Shown here: one piece after another, positions 38,107 to 47,874 of the stretch
How the letters are laid out: each line of letters starts with the position of its first letter
Position numbering within the stretch: the stretch's first letter is position 1
From: an uncultured bacterium
GTDB lineage: Bacteria; Patescibacteriota; Minisyncoccia; UBA6257; 2-01-FULL-56-20
DNA length: 64,000 bases
Assembly: GCA_963707865.1 (NCBI GenBank)
Contig: OY970175.1
Location: forward strand, 694,028 to 758,027
Reading direction: 5' to 3'
Made by a program: the position numbers and the translations under genes
The notes under the pieces: model-generated
Databases searched by the model: none
What the model was told of the DNA's origin: nothing
What the model saw: the letters and a program-made list of their open reading frames with translations, nothing else

Positions 38107-39894
38107 TTATTTTAAGAATTTTTTCATTTTTTCCACCGGCCAGGCGTTTATTATATCACCTTTTACCGCCCAGCCGCGACGAGCCTGCGCAATGCCCCAT
38201 TCCAAAAGAGAAAAGTGTGCGGCGGCGTGAGCGTCGGAATCTATGGCCATAGGCACGCCGGCTTCCACACACTTCCGTACGTACTCGTCTTTAAGATCAA
38301 GTCGTTCGGGAAGCGCGTCAATCTCAAGAATGGTGCCGGTTTTCTTCGCGTGCGCGATGATCGCTTCCACGTCTATGTCGTACGGCGGGCGGCGGTTGAT
38401 GATGCGGCCAGTCGGATGGAAAAAGATATCCACATGTGGGTTCGCCATCGCGCGTTTCACACGCTCGGTCTGCGCCGCGCGCGGGAGATTAAAATGTGAG
38501 TGGACCGAAACGCCGACGACGTCCAACTTCGCCAAGATGGAATCGGGAAGGTCCAGCGTTCCGTCTTTTAAAATGTCGCACTCGGTTCCTTTGAGAAGAA
38601 CGATTCTCCCCGCGAACTTTTTGTTCAGCCGGTCAATCTCCGCCATCTGCTTTAAAATCCGAACCTCGTCCAAACCGTGCGTCATGGCGAGCCGTTTCGT
38701 GTGATCGGTGATCGCAATGTAACGGAGCCCATGCGCCATCGCCGCCTTCGCCATGCCCTCTATGGAATCCGTCCCGTCGGTCCAGTCGGTCTGTGTTTGG
38801 AGGTCCCCCTGGAGATCGTCGTAGCCGATAAGTTTCGGCAGTCGATGCACCTGTGCGGCTTCCAATTCGCCCGTATTCTCGCGTAGCTCCGGTTCAATAT
38901 AATCCATGCCGAACGCCTTGTAGAGTTCCTCTTCGGTCGCGCCCGCGATCATTTTTTCACGAACATCTTTTTTACTGCTGCCCGCCGTATCCCTCCTGCC
39001 ATCCACGCCGCGACCACCCTTTAGGGAAAACAATCCGTACTCGTTCAGTTTCCATCCCCTCGCGACGGCAATCTTGCGCAGCGCGACGTTGTGATCCTTG
39101 GAGCCGGTAAAATAATTGAGCGCGGCACCGTAAGATTCCTTCGGCACGACCCGGAGATCAACGTTGATCCCCGATTTTAATTTCACCGATGATTTCGTTT
39201 CGCCATGCGCGATGACCGACACCACATCGGGCATGGAAGCAAAGTGGTCCATCACCTCCTTCGGTTTTGCGGAAACGACGAGGATGTCCGCGTCGCCAAT
39301 CGTTTCCTTCCGGCGGCGCACGGAACCCGCGGCGATCGCCTTCGTAACGCCCGCGACCTTCGCAAGATCCGCCTCAATGGCACGAATCTGCGGCATCATA
39401 TAGCCCAAGAGGAATCGGCTGCCTGAACTCTTGGCAAACCCGATACCTTTTAGAATTTTCTCCTCGCTTTTCTCGCCAAACCCCGTGAGTTTCGCGATCT
39501 TGCCCGCCTTCGCCGCTTTCTCAAGATCGGCGAGGTCGCTTACGCCCAATTTTTGATAAAGCTTTTTGATTGATTTCGGGCCAAGCCCCTCCACGCGCGA
39601 TAAGCTTTCAAGATTCACCGGCGTTTTCTTCTTTAGATCCTCATAGTATTTCACCTTGCCGATCCGTACGAACTCCTCTATTTTTTCCGCAATGGAAACG
39701 CCCACGCCGGGAATCTCTTTGAGCGCTTTTATCCCGCCCCGCTCATATATATCGGCCACTTCCTCTTCAAGTCCCTCTATTGCCACCGCCGCTTTTTGAT
39801 ATGCTCGCGGCTTGAAGGGAACGTTCTGCATCTCCAAATATTCCCCGATTTCACGGAGAAGCTCGGCAACCGATTGGTTGGAAACTTTCTGCAT
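38107..39894 (-). CDS. polX: DNA polymerase X with PHP domain
   Basis: IPGVG HhH, AGSVRRRKETIGDADIL, VDLRVV, YFTGSKDHN, PHP motifs ITDH, FHPTGR, DSDAH. Confidence 0.95.
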   Translation of the reverse strand: MQKVSNQSVAELLREIGEYLEMQNVPFKPRAYQKAAVAIEGLEEEVADIYERGGIKALKEIPGVGVSIAEKIEEFVRIGKVKYYEDLKKKTPVNLESLSRVEGLGPKSIKKLYQKLGVSDLADLEKAAKAGKIAKLTGFGEKSEEKILKGIGFAKSSGSRFLLGYMMPQIRAIEADLAKVAGVTKAIAAGSVRRRKETIGDADILVVSAKPKEVMDHFASMPDVVSVIAHGETKSSVKLKSGINVDLRVVPKESYGAALNYFTGSKDHNVALRKIAVARGWKLNEYGLFSLKGGRGVDGRRDTAGSSKKDVREKMIAGATEEELYKAFGMDYIEPELRENTGELEAAQVHRLPKLIGYDDLQGDLQTQTDWTDGTDSIEGMAKAAMAHGLRYIAITDHTKRLAMTHGLDEVRILKQMAEIDRLNKKFAGRIVLLKGTECDILKDGTLDLPDSILAKLDVVGVSVHSHFNLPRAAQTERVKRAMANPHVDIFFHPTGRIINRRPPYDIDVEAIIAHAKKTGTILEIDALPERLDLKDEYVRKCVEAGVPMAIDSDAHAAAHFSLLEWGIAQARRGWAVKGDIINAWPVEKMKKFLK

Positions 39895-39911
39895 GTCAAT
39901 ATCGCATCTCG

Positions 39912-42452
39912 CTATTGCGCCGCATCCACAAAATCAAAGACGTCGCCGGCGGCGCCTGTTGTGTCGCCCACAAGCACAAGCTTCACGCGGCTCCCCTTAC
40001 CGACTTTCTTTGAAAGAATGGCGCGGGAGAGCGGCGCTCTAAGTTTCTCGTCAATGACGCGGCGCAGGGGACGAGCGCCGAACGCCGGGTCGTAGCCGAG
40101 CTTCACAAGCTGCGCCACCGCCGCCGGATCAAACTCAAGCGTAATACCCTGGTCTTTCAGCGTTCCCGCAAGTTCTTTTAAATTTATCTCTACGATCTTC
40201 CCAAGTTCATTCGGGCCAAGATCTTTGAAAATAACGATCTTAGAAAAACGGTTCAAAAGCTCCGGCTTGAAAACGTCCACGAGCCGCTTTTTGAGATACT
40301 CCGCGATGTCCGCCATGGATTCGCCTTTTGCGAGAGACTCATTGATGATGTCGGAGTGCGCATTGGAGGTCGCAATGACGATCGTGTTTGTGAAGTCAAT
40401 CGTGCGGCCGAGGTTGTCCGTAAGGCGGCCGTCGTCCAGAACTTGAAGAAACAAATTCAGGATGTCGGGGAACGCTTTTTCAAATTCATCAAGGAGGACC
40501 AAGCTGTAGGGCTTGTCGTGAATAGCATCGGTGAGCGCCCCGCGCGTAGTCCCGTCCGGCGAGCCGATGAAGCGGGAGTAGCTTGCTTTGTCCTGGTACT
40601 CCGTCATGTCAAACCGCACCATCATCTGCTCCGAACCGAATTGCACCTTTGCGAGCGTCTTCGCAAGCTCGGTCTTTCCGACGCCGGTGGGACCCACAAA
40701 AAGGAAACTCGCGATCGGCCCGCCTTTGCGCGTAAGACCGCTCCGGTATTCGCGGAGCGCCTCTGCGACCGCGGTGACCGCCTCTTCCTGGTCCACGAGC
40801 CGTTCGTGGATAATCTCTTCAAGGTGCAGCAATTTCCCCGCCTCCTCCTCGCCCGCTTCGCGGATCGGCATGTGCGCCTTCGCTTCGGCAACCGCCATCA
40901 CGCGATCCATGGTCAATGTCTTTTCGCCGTGCTCTTCCGCATCCACGAGCGCGGATTTTAATAGTTCCTCCGCGCTTGACGGCAGAAGTTTGTCCCTGAA
41001 ATATTTCTTGGCGAGCGTGACCGCGCACTTCACCGCACCGAAGCTGATCACGACGCGGCTCTGCTGCTCGAGAAGCATGCTTTCATACGTGAGGACCCTT
41101 CCCGCTTCCGCTTCGGTCACCTCATTCATGTGAATGACCTCGAAAGCGCCTACAAAATCACTCCGCGGCTCTATGAGCTGCTTGAACTCCCTTGGATATG
41201 TGGCCCCTACGACGGGGAACGCGTTGTTTTTGATGACGGGCATCAAAACGTCCGCCGCCGAAAGGTATGCCGTGCCAGAGGTATGGACAAGATTGTGGAT
41301 ATCCGGGATATAGACAATGATGTTTCCCGCCATGTAAATTTCCTCCACGATCTTTTTAAGCCGCGCGGAAAGCTCCTCCGGCGCCGCACCCGCCACGAGA
41401 TTTTGAAGTTCAATTGACACGAGCCGTTTGTCAAATAGCGCTTTCGGCACCTTGTCCTTGGTAAGCTCGAATGCGAGATGCTGCACCAGCGCTTCTTTCC
41501 CGATCCCCGGCTCACCGACAAGGAGGGCGTTTGGATTCATGGGGCGACCGAGCGTTTCCACAAGCCGTTCATACTCGGCATCGTGGCCGATCAGAAATCC
41601 CACCTGCTCTGCACGCGCAAGGTCGGTGAAATCGGTGCCGTATCTATCCAAAGTCGGCGTCGGCCGCGCCGTCCATGCCCGGTTCATAATACGGTGCCGA
41701 AGGCGGCGGCTTGAGTCAAAAATAAACCCGCCGACGGCACGGGGGGAACGGCTTATGAATGAGCGCTTGGACGAAAAGATGAGCGCGGTCTGGAGATCTC
41801 CTGCCTCTATGGAAAACATATGGAAAAGCCGGTCTATAACGTCGGACTTTACCTTCGCGAGAGCCGAAAAGAGGTCGCTCGGCTCTATGAAATTATGGCC
41901 GGCGGTAAGTGCCTCACCGAAGGCGGCTGCCACAAGTGTTTCGGCGCTTTTCTGATATTCCTCATACGACGCCATCTCCGCGGAGACCGGCTCCGCAAGC
42001 AATTCGTTGAGTTTCGCTTTGAACTCGTCCGGTTTCACATCAAGGCGGCGCAAGCCCTCTCCCGTGCGCGGGAGATCCGTAAGGCGCCCGGTGATACAAA
42101 GGAAAAAGTTCTGCTTCGCGACAAGGCCGTAATCAAACGCGCGCGCGAGCGCCGAAAAGGCGGCGGGCGTGAGGAGCCACGCCAGATTGATCTTTCCCTG
42201 CGACGGGAGCTCCGCGATGGGGAGGTCTGCTTCGCCCCGATGCACAAGCCGGTCCAAAAAGACAAGCCCCAGGAAAATTCCGGCGTACCGGAGCGGCCGC
42301 ATCCCCGAGATGAGAAGTGTCGCGGTGGCGAAAAGCAAAACCAAATAGGTGATGTAGCTCACGACGCGGACCGTGAATCTTCCCGCGATCGTCATCTTGA
42401 GCCGCGGATCATCGAACCGCAGCTCGTAGCGATTAGAGTCCCCTTGCGGCAT
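39912..42452 (-). CDS. ClpA/B-family AAA+ ATPase with N-terminal TM segment
   Basis: Two NBDs (GEPGIGK; GPTGVGKTE, LLDEFEKA, GARPLRR); hydrophobic N-terminus. Confidence 0.92.
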   Translation of the reverse strand: MPQGDSNRYELRFDDPRLKMTIAGRFTVRVVSYITYLVLLFATATLLISGMRPLRYAGIFLGLVFLDRLVHRGEADLPIAELPSQGKINLAWLLTPAAFSALARAFDYGLVAKQNFFLCITGRLTDLPRTGEGLRRLDVKPDEFKAKLNELLAEPVSAEMASYEEYQKSAETLVAAAFGEALTAGHNFIEPSDLFSALAKVKSDVIDRLFHMFSIEAGDLQTALIFSSKRSFISRSPRAVGGFIFDSSRRLRHRIMNRAWTARPTPTLDRYGTDFTDLARAEQVGFLIGHDAEYERLVETLGRPMNPNALLVGEPGIGKEALVQHLAFELTKDKVPKALFDKRLVSIELQNLVAGAAPEELSARLKKIVEEIYMAGNIIVYIPDIHNLVHTSGTAYLSAADVLMPVIKNNAFPVVGATYPREFKQLIEPRSDFVGAFEVIHMNEVTEAEAGRVLTYESMLLEQQSRVVISFGAVKCAVTLAKKYFRDKLLPSSAEELLKSALVDAEEHGEKTLTMDRVMAVAEAKAHMPIREAGEEEAGKLLHLEEIIHERLVDQEEAVTAVAEALREYRSGLTRKGGPIASFLFVGPTGVGKTELAKTLAKVQFGSEQMMVRFDMTEYQDKASYSRFIGSPDGTTRGALTDAIHDKPYSLVLLDEFEKAFPDILNLFLQVLDDGRLTDNLGRTIDFTNTIVIATSNAHSDIINESLAKGESMADIAEYLKKRLVDVFKPELLNRFSKIVIFKDLGPNELGKIVEINLKELAGTLKDQGITLEFDPAAVAQLVKLGYDPAFGARPLRRVIDEKLRAPLSRAILSKKVGKGSRVKLVLVGDTTGAAGDVFDFVDAAQ

Positions 42453-42780
42453 TGAAAATAATAACGGCCGGTATCGCGAGCCAGACCACGTAGAAAAGCA
42501 GGAAGAGCAGTGCAATCACCGCGTATACCACGCCGCCGATCAAAATCCTGCCAGTCCGAAAGATAACGCCGAGGACGCGCCCAATGATCGTATAGTCGCC
42601 GTAGAGCGGCCGGAAAAAATATCGGAGGGTGACCCTAACCGCAAACGAGCGATCGGCATCTTCCAGCGTCGCGATAAACTGATGCCCGATCCTGCGCGAG
42701 CCGTCCACGTACCAGTGGTGAAAGAAATCCGTGAGGCGATACAAGAACCGCTGCACAAGATACGCCGGCGCGAAATCCAT
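42433..42780 (-). CDS. Conserved small membrane protein overlapping the Clp ATPase start
   Basis: DFFHHWY...FFRPLYGDYTIIGRVLG; TM helices; TATCAT 6 nt upstream of ATG. Confidence 0.75.
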   Translation of the reverse strand: MDFAPAYLVQRFLYRLTDFFHHWYVDGSRRIGHQFIATLEDADRSFAVRVTLRYFFRPLYGDYTIIGRVLGVIFRTGRILIGGVVYAVIALLFLLFYVVWLAIPAVIIFNAARGL

Positions 42781-42794
42781 GCCTTAATGATACC

Positions 42795-43433
42795 TCAAAA
42801 AAGGCCCGCCTGCTTCGGCTTCGCCGCGTTCTTTGCCGCTTTCTTCGCCGTCGGAAGAACAGGCGTGGTTATTTCTATTGTGAGTTCTCCCTTCAAAATC
42901 TTGGGCAGTTTTTTAAAGTCCTCGCGAAGCGCGCCCATCATTTCCACGGGCGAGCGGAGCGCGGCGGCGGTGTGATAGATCGGGAACACGATCCTTTCTT
43001 CCACATTGAACACCCGCCCGTGATCACGCGTAATCTTCGCATCGAGCAGAAAATAATTCATCGCGAAGCGGCCCACCGCGACGATCACTTTCGGATTGAT
43101 GATTTCTATTTGCCGCGTGAGATACGGCTTGTATGCCTCAATTTCAGAGGGCAGCGGATCGCGGTTCTCCGGCGGGCGGCGCTTGATGATGTTCGTAATA
43201 TAAACATCCTCGCGCTTCCAGCCGATGCCTTTGATGAGATCGTCCAAAAGTTGCCCGGCTCTCCCCACGAACGGCCGCTTCAGCCGGTCCTCGTTAGCGC
43301 CCGGGCCTTCGCCCACAAACATCACGTCGCAGTCAATATTCCCTTCGCCAAAAACCAAATTTGATTCGCGGAGCGGCAAGGGTGCTGCCGCAATCTCCGC
43401 CTCCAGCTTCGCAAGTTCAGCACGCTTGTCCAT
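42795..43433 (-). CDS. Uracil-DNA glycosylase family 4
   Basis: VFGEGN, FVGEGPG..ED...PFVGRAG, YITNIIKRRPPENRDP, IYHTAAALR. Confidence 0.92.
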   Translation of the reverse strand: MDKRAELAKLEAEIAAAPLPLRESNLVFGEGNIDCDVMFVGEGPGANEDRLKRPFVGRAGQLLDDLIKGIGWKREDVYITNIIKRRPPENRDPLPSEIEAYKPYLTRQIEIINPKVIVAVGRFAMNYFLLDAKITRDHGRVFNVEERIVFPIYHTAAALRSPVEMMGALREDFKKLPKILKGELTIEITTPVLPTAKKAAKNAAKPKQAGLF

Positions 43434-43464
43434 AGGAAGATTATAGCGCATCTCCACCACCCCG

Positions 43465-43535
43465 TGGATCGGCCGGGAATTGCACCCGGACCTTCGCCTG
43501 TCAATGACGATATTCTGCTGTTAAACTACCGACCC
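43465..43535 (-). tRNA. Atypical/degenerate tRNA (Val-like body, centred triplet TGA)
   Basis: Acceptor GGGTCGG/CCGATCC+A; anticodon arm TCGTC-ATTGACA-GGCGA; short variable loop; T-arm CCGGG-TGCAATT-CCCGG; D-loop lacks GG. Confidence 0.65.
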
Positions 43536-43747
43536 CCGATCACGGGGTGCGTTCACCATACACGAATAGCCATTAAAATTATTTAAAATATTAATCGCCA
43601 CTGTGAGGTGGCGACTAATACGACAGGCGAAGATTGGTCGGCAATTCATGCAGACCATCGTCTTATCTTCACTATAGCGACCCAAGAAGAAATGTCAAAA
43701 ATCATTTAATAATTTTTTAATCAATGGAAGTACGCTATGCTTAATGA

Positions 43748-44209
43748 ATGGATCTTCATCTGGGAACTCTAAAGATAGTTCCCGCGAGCGGTAGCTACAC
43801 AATTGTGTTAACCGCCGGAAAGATCTCAAAGAAAGATAATTTCGGCAACTTCAAGCTCGGGTCTATCTCTGGCATGAAGTTCAACGACGCGAATGGCAAC
43901 CGCCGCAAAGACAACGGTGAGGTCGGCTTGGCGGGTTGGACGATCAACCTTACGAAGGTTGGCTCTCCGACCATCATTGCTTCCACCGTAACCGACGCGA
44001 GCGGTAACTACTCCTTCGCGAACCTCGGCCCTGGAACCTACCAAGTGCGGGAGGTCCAGCAGTCCCCCTGGGTTCAGACAACGAGCAACCCGTCGAACAT
44101 AAAGATGTATTCCGGCACCGTTTCCAAAAACGATAACTTTGGGAACCACAACGGCCCGGTACCGAAAGATCGTTTCGGCTTCTTTGGTTGGGGTTGGGGC
44201 AACCGTTAG
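43748..44209 (+). CDS. SdrD B-like (Cna-B) domain protein, probably 5'-truncated
   Basis: GSISGMKFNDANGNRRKDNGEVGLAGWTINL...TDASGNYSFANLGPGTYQVREV...DNFGN; begins with the tail of a previous repeat and has no signal peptide. Confidence 0.75.
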   Translation: MDLHLGTLKIVPASGSYTIVLTAGKISKKDNFGNFKLGSISGMKFNDANGNRRKDNGEVGLAGWTINLTKVGSPTIIASTVTDASGNYSFANLGPGTYQVREVQQSPWVQTTSNPSNIKMYSGTVSKNDNFGNHNGPVPKDRFGFFGWGWGNR

Positions 44210-44225
44210 TCTATCGGAGAAGTAG

Positions 44226-44260
44226 CTAAGACCCCGTCTTTATAAGGACGGGGTTTTAGT
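44226..44260 (+). terminator. Terminator hairpin
   Basis: CTAAGACCCCGTCTT-TATA-AGGACGGGGTTTTAG. Confidence 0.65.
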
Positions 44261-44413
44261 ATTTTTGTAGTCACGCACATACCTGGAACCATAATGTGCC
44301 TAGTTACTGCACTTCGGGATGCTGGACTGTAACGATTCGCGGCGAGCGGCAAGAAAAAATTCTCGCAGGAAGAATTTTATTCTGGCTCTTCAAAAGGATA
44401 TTTGCTTCTTGCT

Positions 44414-44699
44414 GTGTGCTTATATGAGACTGCTCGAGAGTATTTTATCCAAAATTCCTGAATTTTGATACCCCTCTTACCCCTTCAAATACCCCTTCAA
44501 TTGCCCTGCATCGAATTGAAGGGGTAGCAAGTCCAGTTTGCTCTGCAAACTCTGATCTTTTCGACCCTCGTCTCTGAAAATCACAAGTCCTACTTCACTC
44601 CGCTAGACCCCCTCCGAAATGGTGTGCTCAGCCCCTCAGCCGCTCACTTACGTTCGGGCTTCGGGGCTTCGCGTATGGCGCGCCCAAATTCCTCCCCCA
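44414..44699 (+). repeat. Arm A (286 bp), perfect inverted repeat of 47875-48160
   Basis: Checked base by base; no mismatches found. Confidence 0.95.
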
Positions 44700-44958
44700 A
44701 CCCCTCCTTTGAGGCGCGCTAAGAGGTGGTAGTTCCACGCTTTGCGACCCTATTCCTGTCCATAGGGCAATACCACGTCTTAGCGTGTCTGACCCTCCAG
44801 AAAGCGGTTTCTTGCCCTTGCCCCAGCCCTCCCATTGCGCGGGCAAGAGTCATTAAAACTCCCTTAAAAGAAGCTTGTCCTTTCAGCTTTGAATAGCGAT
44901 AATTTTGGGATGAAAATTATCAAAAAATCGAGTATGATTACCTTAAATCTTACTCGCC

Positions 44959-45768
44959 ATGAAACAATCAGCCACAACAAGGAAATTATCGCTCCCTCCG
45001 ACCAAGCGGGCCCCGAAAGCCCCAAAATTTTCCAAGAAATTTGTGAATAAAATCCTTTGCGGCGATGCCATCGAGCTTATGCGAGAGATACCCGACGGCG
45101 CGGTTGATCTCGTTGTAACTTCGCCGCCATATAACCTTAAAAATTCCACCGGCAACGGAATGAAGGATGGGCGCGGTGGGAAGTGGGCCAATGCCGCCCT
45201 GCAAAACGGATACAGCAATCACGACGACTGTATGCCGCACGACAAATATGTGAAGTGGCAGAGAGATTGCCTAAAGGAGATGATGCGAATTATCCCGGAG
45301 GATGGCGCGATTTTCTATAACCATAAATGGCGCGTTCAGGGAGGTTTGCTACAAGATCGGCAGGATATTGTCGGCGGATTCCCGGTTAGGCAGATCATCA
45401 TTTGGAAACGGAAGGGCGGCTTAAATTTTAACGCCGGATATTTCTTGCCGACTTATGAAGTCATTTATCTTATCGCCAAACCGAAATTCAAACTAGCGAC
45501 GAAAGCGAACGCGCACGGCGATGTTTGGGAGTTTACGCAGGAGATGAATAACGAACATCCGGCCGCTTTTCCCGTAGCTCTAATTGATCGGATAGTTTCC
45601 GCAACGGACGCTAAAACTATTCTCGACCCTTTCATGGGTTCGGGCACGACGGCACTTTCTGCGATAAATTTTAAGCGAGATTATATCGGCATTGATATTT
45701 CGCCAGAGTATTGCGAGATGGCCGAAAAGAGAATTAAGAAACATAAAGCTCAATCGCGGCTCTTATAA
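44959..45768 (+). CDS. Beta-class amino-DNA methyltransferase (SPPY, likely m4C)
   Basis: VTSPPYN (motif IV) before HPAAFP and LDPFMGSGTT (motif I). Confidence 0.92.
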   Translation: MKQSATTRKLSLPPTKRAPKAPKFSKKFVNKILCGDAIELMREIPDGAVDLVVTSPPYNLKNSTGNGMKDGRGGKWANAALQNGYSNHDDCMPHDKYVKWQRDCLKEMMRIIPEDGAIFYNHKWRVQGGLLQDRQDIVGGFPVRQIIIWKRKGGLNFNAGYFLPTYEVIYLIAKPKFKLATKANAHGDVWEFTQEMNNEHPAAFPVALIDRIVSATDAKTILDPFMGSGTTALSAINFKRDYIGIDISPEYCEMAEKRIKKHKAQSRLL

Positions 45769-45770
45769 TC

Positions 45771-46568
45771 ATGGCAAAGAAACCCGTTATTTATACAAAA
45801 CCATCGTTGATAGCGAAGCTCAAAGAAATCGCCGCGATGGGTTGGATACCGAATGCCCGACGAGGCAACGCCGGAGGCGTAGGTAATACGCTTGAAGACC
45901 TGCTTGGCATAAGAGAAAATAACTTGCCGATTCCCAACGCCGCAGAGTGGGAACTGAAAGCGCAGAGAATAAATACCACGTCGCTCACAACTTTATTCCA
46001 TATCGAGCCATCGCCCCGCGCCATCGGTTTTGTGCCAAAAGTTTTGTTGCCATTGTACGGATGGCCCCACGAAGAAGCAGGGAAGAAATACGGAAAAAAC
46101 GAGATGAGTTTTCGCCAAACGATTCACGGCGGATCGCGGAGCGACAGAGGTTTTAAGGTTGTGATAGATCGCAAAGAGAAAAAGATTTTAATCTCGTTCG
46201 ACGCGAAAAGTGTTGATCCAAGACATAAGACCTGGCTCGAATTAGTTAAAAAGCGCGTGGGCTTAGGCGAACTTAATCCCCAACCATATTGGGGATTCGA
46301 TGATTTAGAACATAAAGCCGGAACGAAATTGCTTAACGCTTTTTACGTTCAGGCGGAGGTGAAGATAGAGCGCAAGAAGGAATTTTATAAATATACGAAA
46401 GTGATGATGCTACAAAAATTTAGTTTCGACGGATTTTTGAAAGCGTTGGAGGAGGGTAAGATACTCGTTGATTTCGATGCTCGCACAGGCCACAATCACG
46501 GAACGAAATTTAGAATGAGGCAGGATTGCTTGCCGATGCTTTACGAGAAAAACACCATCATTTTATGA
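45771..46568 (+). CDS. MvaI/BcnI-family restriction endonuclease
   Basis: GGVGNTLEDLLGIRENN, EWELKAQR...TTLF, HNHGTKFR; adjacent to an MTase. Confidence 0.85.
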   Translation: MAKKPVIYTKPSLIAKLKEIAAMGWIPNARRGNAGGVGNTLEDLLGIRENNLPIPNAAEWELKAQRINTTSLTTLFHIEPSPRAIGFVPKVLLPLYGWPHEEAGKKYGKNEMSFRQTIHGGSRSDRGFKVVIDRKEKKILISFDAKSVDPRHKTWLELVKKRVGLGELNPQPYWGFDDLEHKAGTKLLNAFYVQAEVKIERKKEFYKYTKVMMLQKFSFDGFLKALEEGKILVDFDARTGHNHGTKFRMRQDCLPMLYEKNTIIL

Positions 46569-47833
46569 AAACTAGGCTAGAGGCGAAAAAGGCTAGTTGG
46601 CTAAATAAGTACAAAGGAGATATCGAGCTAGAGCCTTTCTTTCAGAGAGGAACAGTTTGGAGCGATGATAAAAAACAGTATTTTATAGACTCGCTTTTAA
46701 AGGGCTGGGGAACGCCAAAAATTTTCCTTTGGGAAACGGGTAAAGATTCTTATGCCTGTTTAGATGGCAAACAGCGTTTGACCAGTCTATTTAAATTTAT
46801 GGCCGACAGACTGCCATTAAAAGAAGATTATTCTACTGGATATGGCGGTAAAAAATATACCGAGTTACCAGTTAGCGTCCAAGATGCGATCGACGATTAT
46901 GAATTTTCGGTAGAAATATTAGAAGCCAAAGACGACGAAGTGATAGAACTCTATAAGAGGTTACAAGGGGGCACTCCTTTAAATTTCGGAGAGAAGTTAT
47001 TTGCGATGTCGGGAAATATGAACGATTTTATTAAACGCCGGCTAAACACAAAAACATTCTTTAAGGAAAGAGTATCGCTTCCAGATACTAGATACTCGCA
47101 CTATGCTGTTTGCGCGCAATTATGCTTATTGAGCATAAAAGGCGCAAAAGAAGACTTGAAGCTAAAGAACCTAGAGAAGTTTTTTAGAGATTATCGCGGC
47201 TTCAATACCAAGAGCCCTGAAGCAGATAAAATTTTCGACGTTATAAAACATCTTGAAAAGGCGTTCCCTAACAAGAGCGATCCGGCCCTACGAAATAGGG
47301 CGAATGTCGTATCTATATTTCATCTAATAGCAGATATATCTGCGCGTGGCGATATTTCCGGGAGAGAAGAAGAAATAGGTGCGTTCTTTAGAAAATTTGT
47401 GAAGGATATTCAGAAAGAGTTTGATAAAAAGCCCGAGAACCGCGATCCCGCCATATTGAGTTATCAATCGGCGGTTACGCAAGGAGCAGACAAAATTAAG
47501 TCTATTAATATCAGGCACGGCGTTTTATTAAAAAAACTTGAGTCGAAAAATAAATTTTTCTATGGCCTTCTTCATCCAGCTTCTCCGCAGGACAAATTTA
47601 TGAAAATGTATAACGACGCACGAAAGAAGCTAAGGATCACCACTGTTGGTGGATTTGATGCGTGGCTTATTAGTAATAAAGGCCTGTCAGATATAGGGTG
47701 CTCGAAAGCTCGTGCTGGAACGGAAACTTTTATAGGACATATTCGCAATTGTATCCATTATTCTGAACATGGAACTGTTCCAGTAAAGGACTTAGATAGG
47801 GCCATCAAAATTTTGAAAGAGATATTAAGGTAA
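46565..47833 (+). CDS. DUF262 (ParB/GmrS-like) domain protein with a HEPN-like C-terminal motif
   Basis: FQRGTVWS...FIDSLLKG..PKIFL...LDGKQRLTSL...LYKRLQ-GGTPL; C-terminal HIRNCIHYSEH. Confidence 0.8.
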   Translation: MKTRLEAKKASWLNKYKGDIELEPFFQRGTVWSDDKKQYFIDSLLKGWGTPKIFLWETGKDSYACLDGKQRLTSLFKFMADRLPLKEDYSTGYGGKKYTELPVSVQDAIDDYEFSVEILEAKDDEVIELYKRLQGGTPLNFGEKLFAMSGNMNDFIKRRLNTKTFFKERVSLPDTRYSHYAVCAQLCLLSIKGAKEDLKLKNLEKFFRDYRGFNTKSPEADKIFDVIKHLEKAFPNKSDPALRNRANVVSIFHLIADISARGDISGREEEIGAFFRKFVKDIQKEFDKKPENRDPAILSYQSAVTQGADKIKSINIRHGVLLKKLESKNKFFYGLLHPASPQDKFMKMYNDARKKLRITTVGGFDAWLISNKGLSDIGCSKARAGTETFIGHIRNCIHYSEHGTVPVKDLDRAIKILKEILR

Positions 47834-47874
47834 AAATTTTTGCTCCCGGCCATGCGGCCGCGAGCTATTTTTTG

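Noticed and set aside
38945-39030. Short in-frame insertion in PolX as a REP/MITE insertion
   Set aside because: No clear palindrome or second copy; treated as a variable loop
43622-43632. 11-bp inverted match (GACAGGCGAAG) to the atypical tRNA anticodon arm
   Set aside because: Short, with no supporting context; probably chance
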